A stretch of DNA of 64,000 nucleotides from the NCBI RefSeq assembly GCF_964194155.1, contig NC_135901.1:6014001-6078000 (forward strand), given 5' to 3'. This document shows positions 61,956 through 64,000 of the stretch, in pieces (position 1 is the first letter of the stretch; each line of letters begins with the position of its first letter). Both the position numbers and the translations under genes were made by a program. This DNA is from Cetorhinus maximus (Eukaryota). The notes beneath the pieces were generated by a model, which had not been told where the DNA came from, made no database searches, and saw nothing but the letters and a program-made list of their open reading frames with translations.

Positions 61956-62609
61956 TTATGTGTTTAGTGATCCCGGGAATGTTACCGATACCTTCCTTGG
62001 ATCCCAAGGCTAGGACAGACAATCTGGAAGGTATAGGGAGCTGGGACTTGTCTGTGAGAGTAATTGAAGGCAAGAGAACTGAAATAATCTAGAGTTAGAA
62101 AGGAGAAAAGACTCCAAAAATGGATCAGTTCGCAACTGGACATCAATTAATCTTCTCTTATGTTGGAGAAATTAAGGTCTAGGTAGTGTGCCTGAAACAA
62201 TATTAGTTCATCTTGGTCTTTAACACCACTTTCCCGCACGCTCCCCATTTCCCTCGAATGCCTGAGAGACCAAAAATCTCTCCATCTCAGCCTTAAATAT
62301 ATTTAAAGATGGAGTATTCAGAGCCCTCCGTGATGGAGAATTCTATGTGACAAGAGAAAAAGAGAGAGAGAAGTGGGAGAGACACAGACAGAAAGAATGA
62401 GAGAAATGGGATAGAGAAAGAATGAGAGAAATAGAAGGGCACAGGAGAGACAGAAGAGGGTGGGAGAGACGGGGGCAATGGAAAGGCATTTTAGAGACTG
62501 ACAACTGAACCACAATTTGATAGAATCTCCCAAACCCTCAACCTCCAGCATCTAGAAGGACCAGCGTAGCAGGTGTATGTGAACACCATCACCTCCAACT
62601 CACACACTG

Positions 62610-63800
62610 TTCTGACTTGGCTGATATCCAGGACTGGATGAGCAGAAAGTTCCTTCATTCAAATATTGGGAAGATGAAAGTCATTGTCTTCAGTCCCCAA
62701 TACAAACTCCGCTCCCTAGCCAACGGCTCCATCCTTCTCCCTGACAACTCTCTGAGGATGAAACAGACTGTTCAAAGCCATGGTGAAATATTTCACCCCA
62801 AGATGAGCTTCCAACCACATATCCACATCATCACCAAGACCACCTGTTTCCACCTCAGTAACATCACCCGACTCCACTCTAGTCTCAGCTCGTCTGAAAC
62901 TGTCATCCATTCCTTTGTTATTTCTAGGCTTAACTCTGGCTGGAGGTTCTAGATTCAGGGGACACAGTCTCAAAATAAGGGGCAGGCTATTTGGAACTGA
63001 GGTGAGGAGGAATTTCTTCACGCAGAGGATGGTGAATCTTTGGAATTCTCTGCCCCATAGGGCTGTGGAGGCTCAGTCGTTGAGAATGTTCAATACTGAG
63101 ATCGATAGATTTCTACATATAAAAAACATTTGGGATAAGGGGATAGTGCCAGAAAATGGTGTTGAAGTAGAAGATCAGCCGTGATCTCATTGAATGGCAG
63201 AAGGGCTCGAAGGGCTGAATGGCCTATTGCTACTCGTATTTCTTACGTTCCTTCCTAACGCACTTCTGGCCGGTCTCCCACATTCAACTTCCCCATAATC
63301 TTTAGGTCATCCAAAACTCTGCTGCCCGTATATTTACTCGCACCCAGTCCTTTTCACCCATCACCGCTGTGCTCACTGACCTATGAAAGTTCCTGTTTAA
63401 GAAGCACCAACATTTTAAATTTCTCATCTTTGTTTTCAAGTCCCTCCATGGTCTCACCCCTCCCTATATCTGTAATCTCCTCCAGCCTCACAACCCACCC
63501 AGGTCTCTGCACTCTGCTCATTCCAGCTTCCTGAGCATTCCCGATTTTAATCGCTTCATCCTTAGTATCCACATCTGAGCTCAAAGGCCATAAGCACTGG
63601 AATTTCCTCCATAAACCTCTCCGCTCTCTTTCTTTCTTTCCTCGTTCAAGATTCTCCTTTAAACCTACATCTTTGACCAAACTTTTGGCCATCTGCCCTC
63701 TTACCTCTTTACATGATTCTCTGTCAAATGTTGCTTTTTAGCACATCTGTTAAACCTGGGAAGGTCTATTACATGAAATGTGCTATATAAACACACATTG
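62610..63800 (+). mobile_element. L2 3' fragment interrupted by a CR1 3' end (62937-63252)
   Basis: ADIQDWMSRKFLHSNIGK; CR1 RGHSLKI..RRNFFTQRMVNLWNSLP; L2 resumes at ~63255. Confidence 0.8.
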
Positions 63801-64000
63801 TTGTTGTTGATTTGGACATATATCGCTGTTCCTTCATCATCGCTGTAACTCTTTATCTAACAGCATTGTGGGAGCACCTTCACCACATGGACTGAAATGG
63901 TTCAAGAAGGTCAAACATCATCTTCTCCACAGGTAACTGGGGATGGGTAATATCTGCTGTTGGTCTTGTGGTCCTGGGCAGGGGATTGGGACCAGCTGAT

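Overview
Eukaryotic, vertebrate-type DNA. The repeat complement (DeuSINE/SacSINE-like SINE, CR1, L2, RTE and Penelope fragments) and the zinc-finger style point to a cartilaginous fish; this assignment is inference. The window is a tandem and inverted cluster of C2H2 zinc-finger genes whose fingers lie in one large exon: six intact arrays of 8-13 fingers, one array broken by a single stop, one frameshifted pseudogene and three small relics. They are interleaved with CpG-island promoters (NRF1, YY1, CCAAT and GC boxes) and dense retroelement debris. No KRAB, SCAN or BTB domain is visible. In the five finger exons I could translate in full, an acidic leader reading frame is closed by stops or frameshifts. 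Most notable oddities: fold-back Penelope-like elements carrying minimal hammerhead-ribozyme motifs (one inserted, in sense, in a ZNF 3' UTR); a ~77-bp piece of a ZNF exon patched into a Penelope endonuclease; a promoter fused directly to a ZNF tail; orphan copies of the ZNF promoter module; and start-codon turnover in one paralog. TE boundaries are approximate and read by eye.
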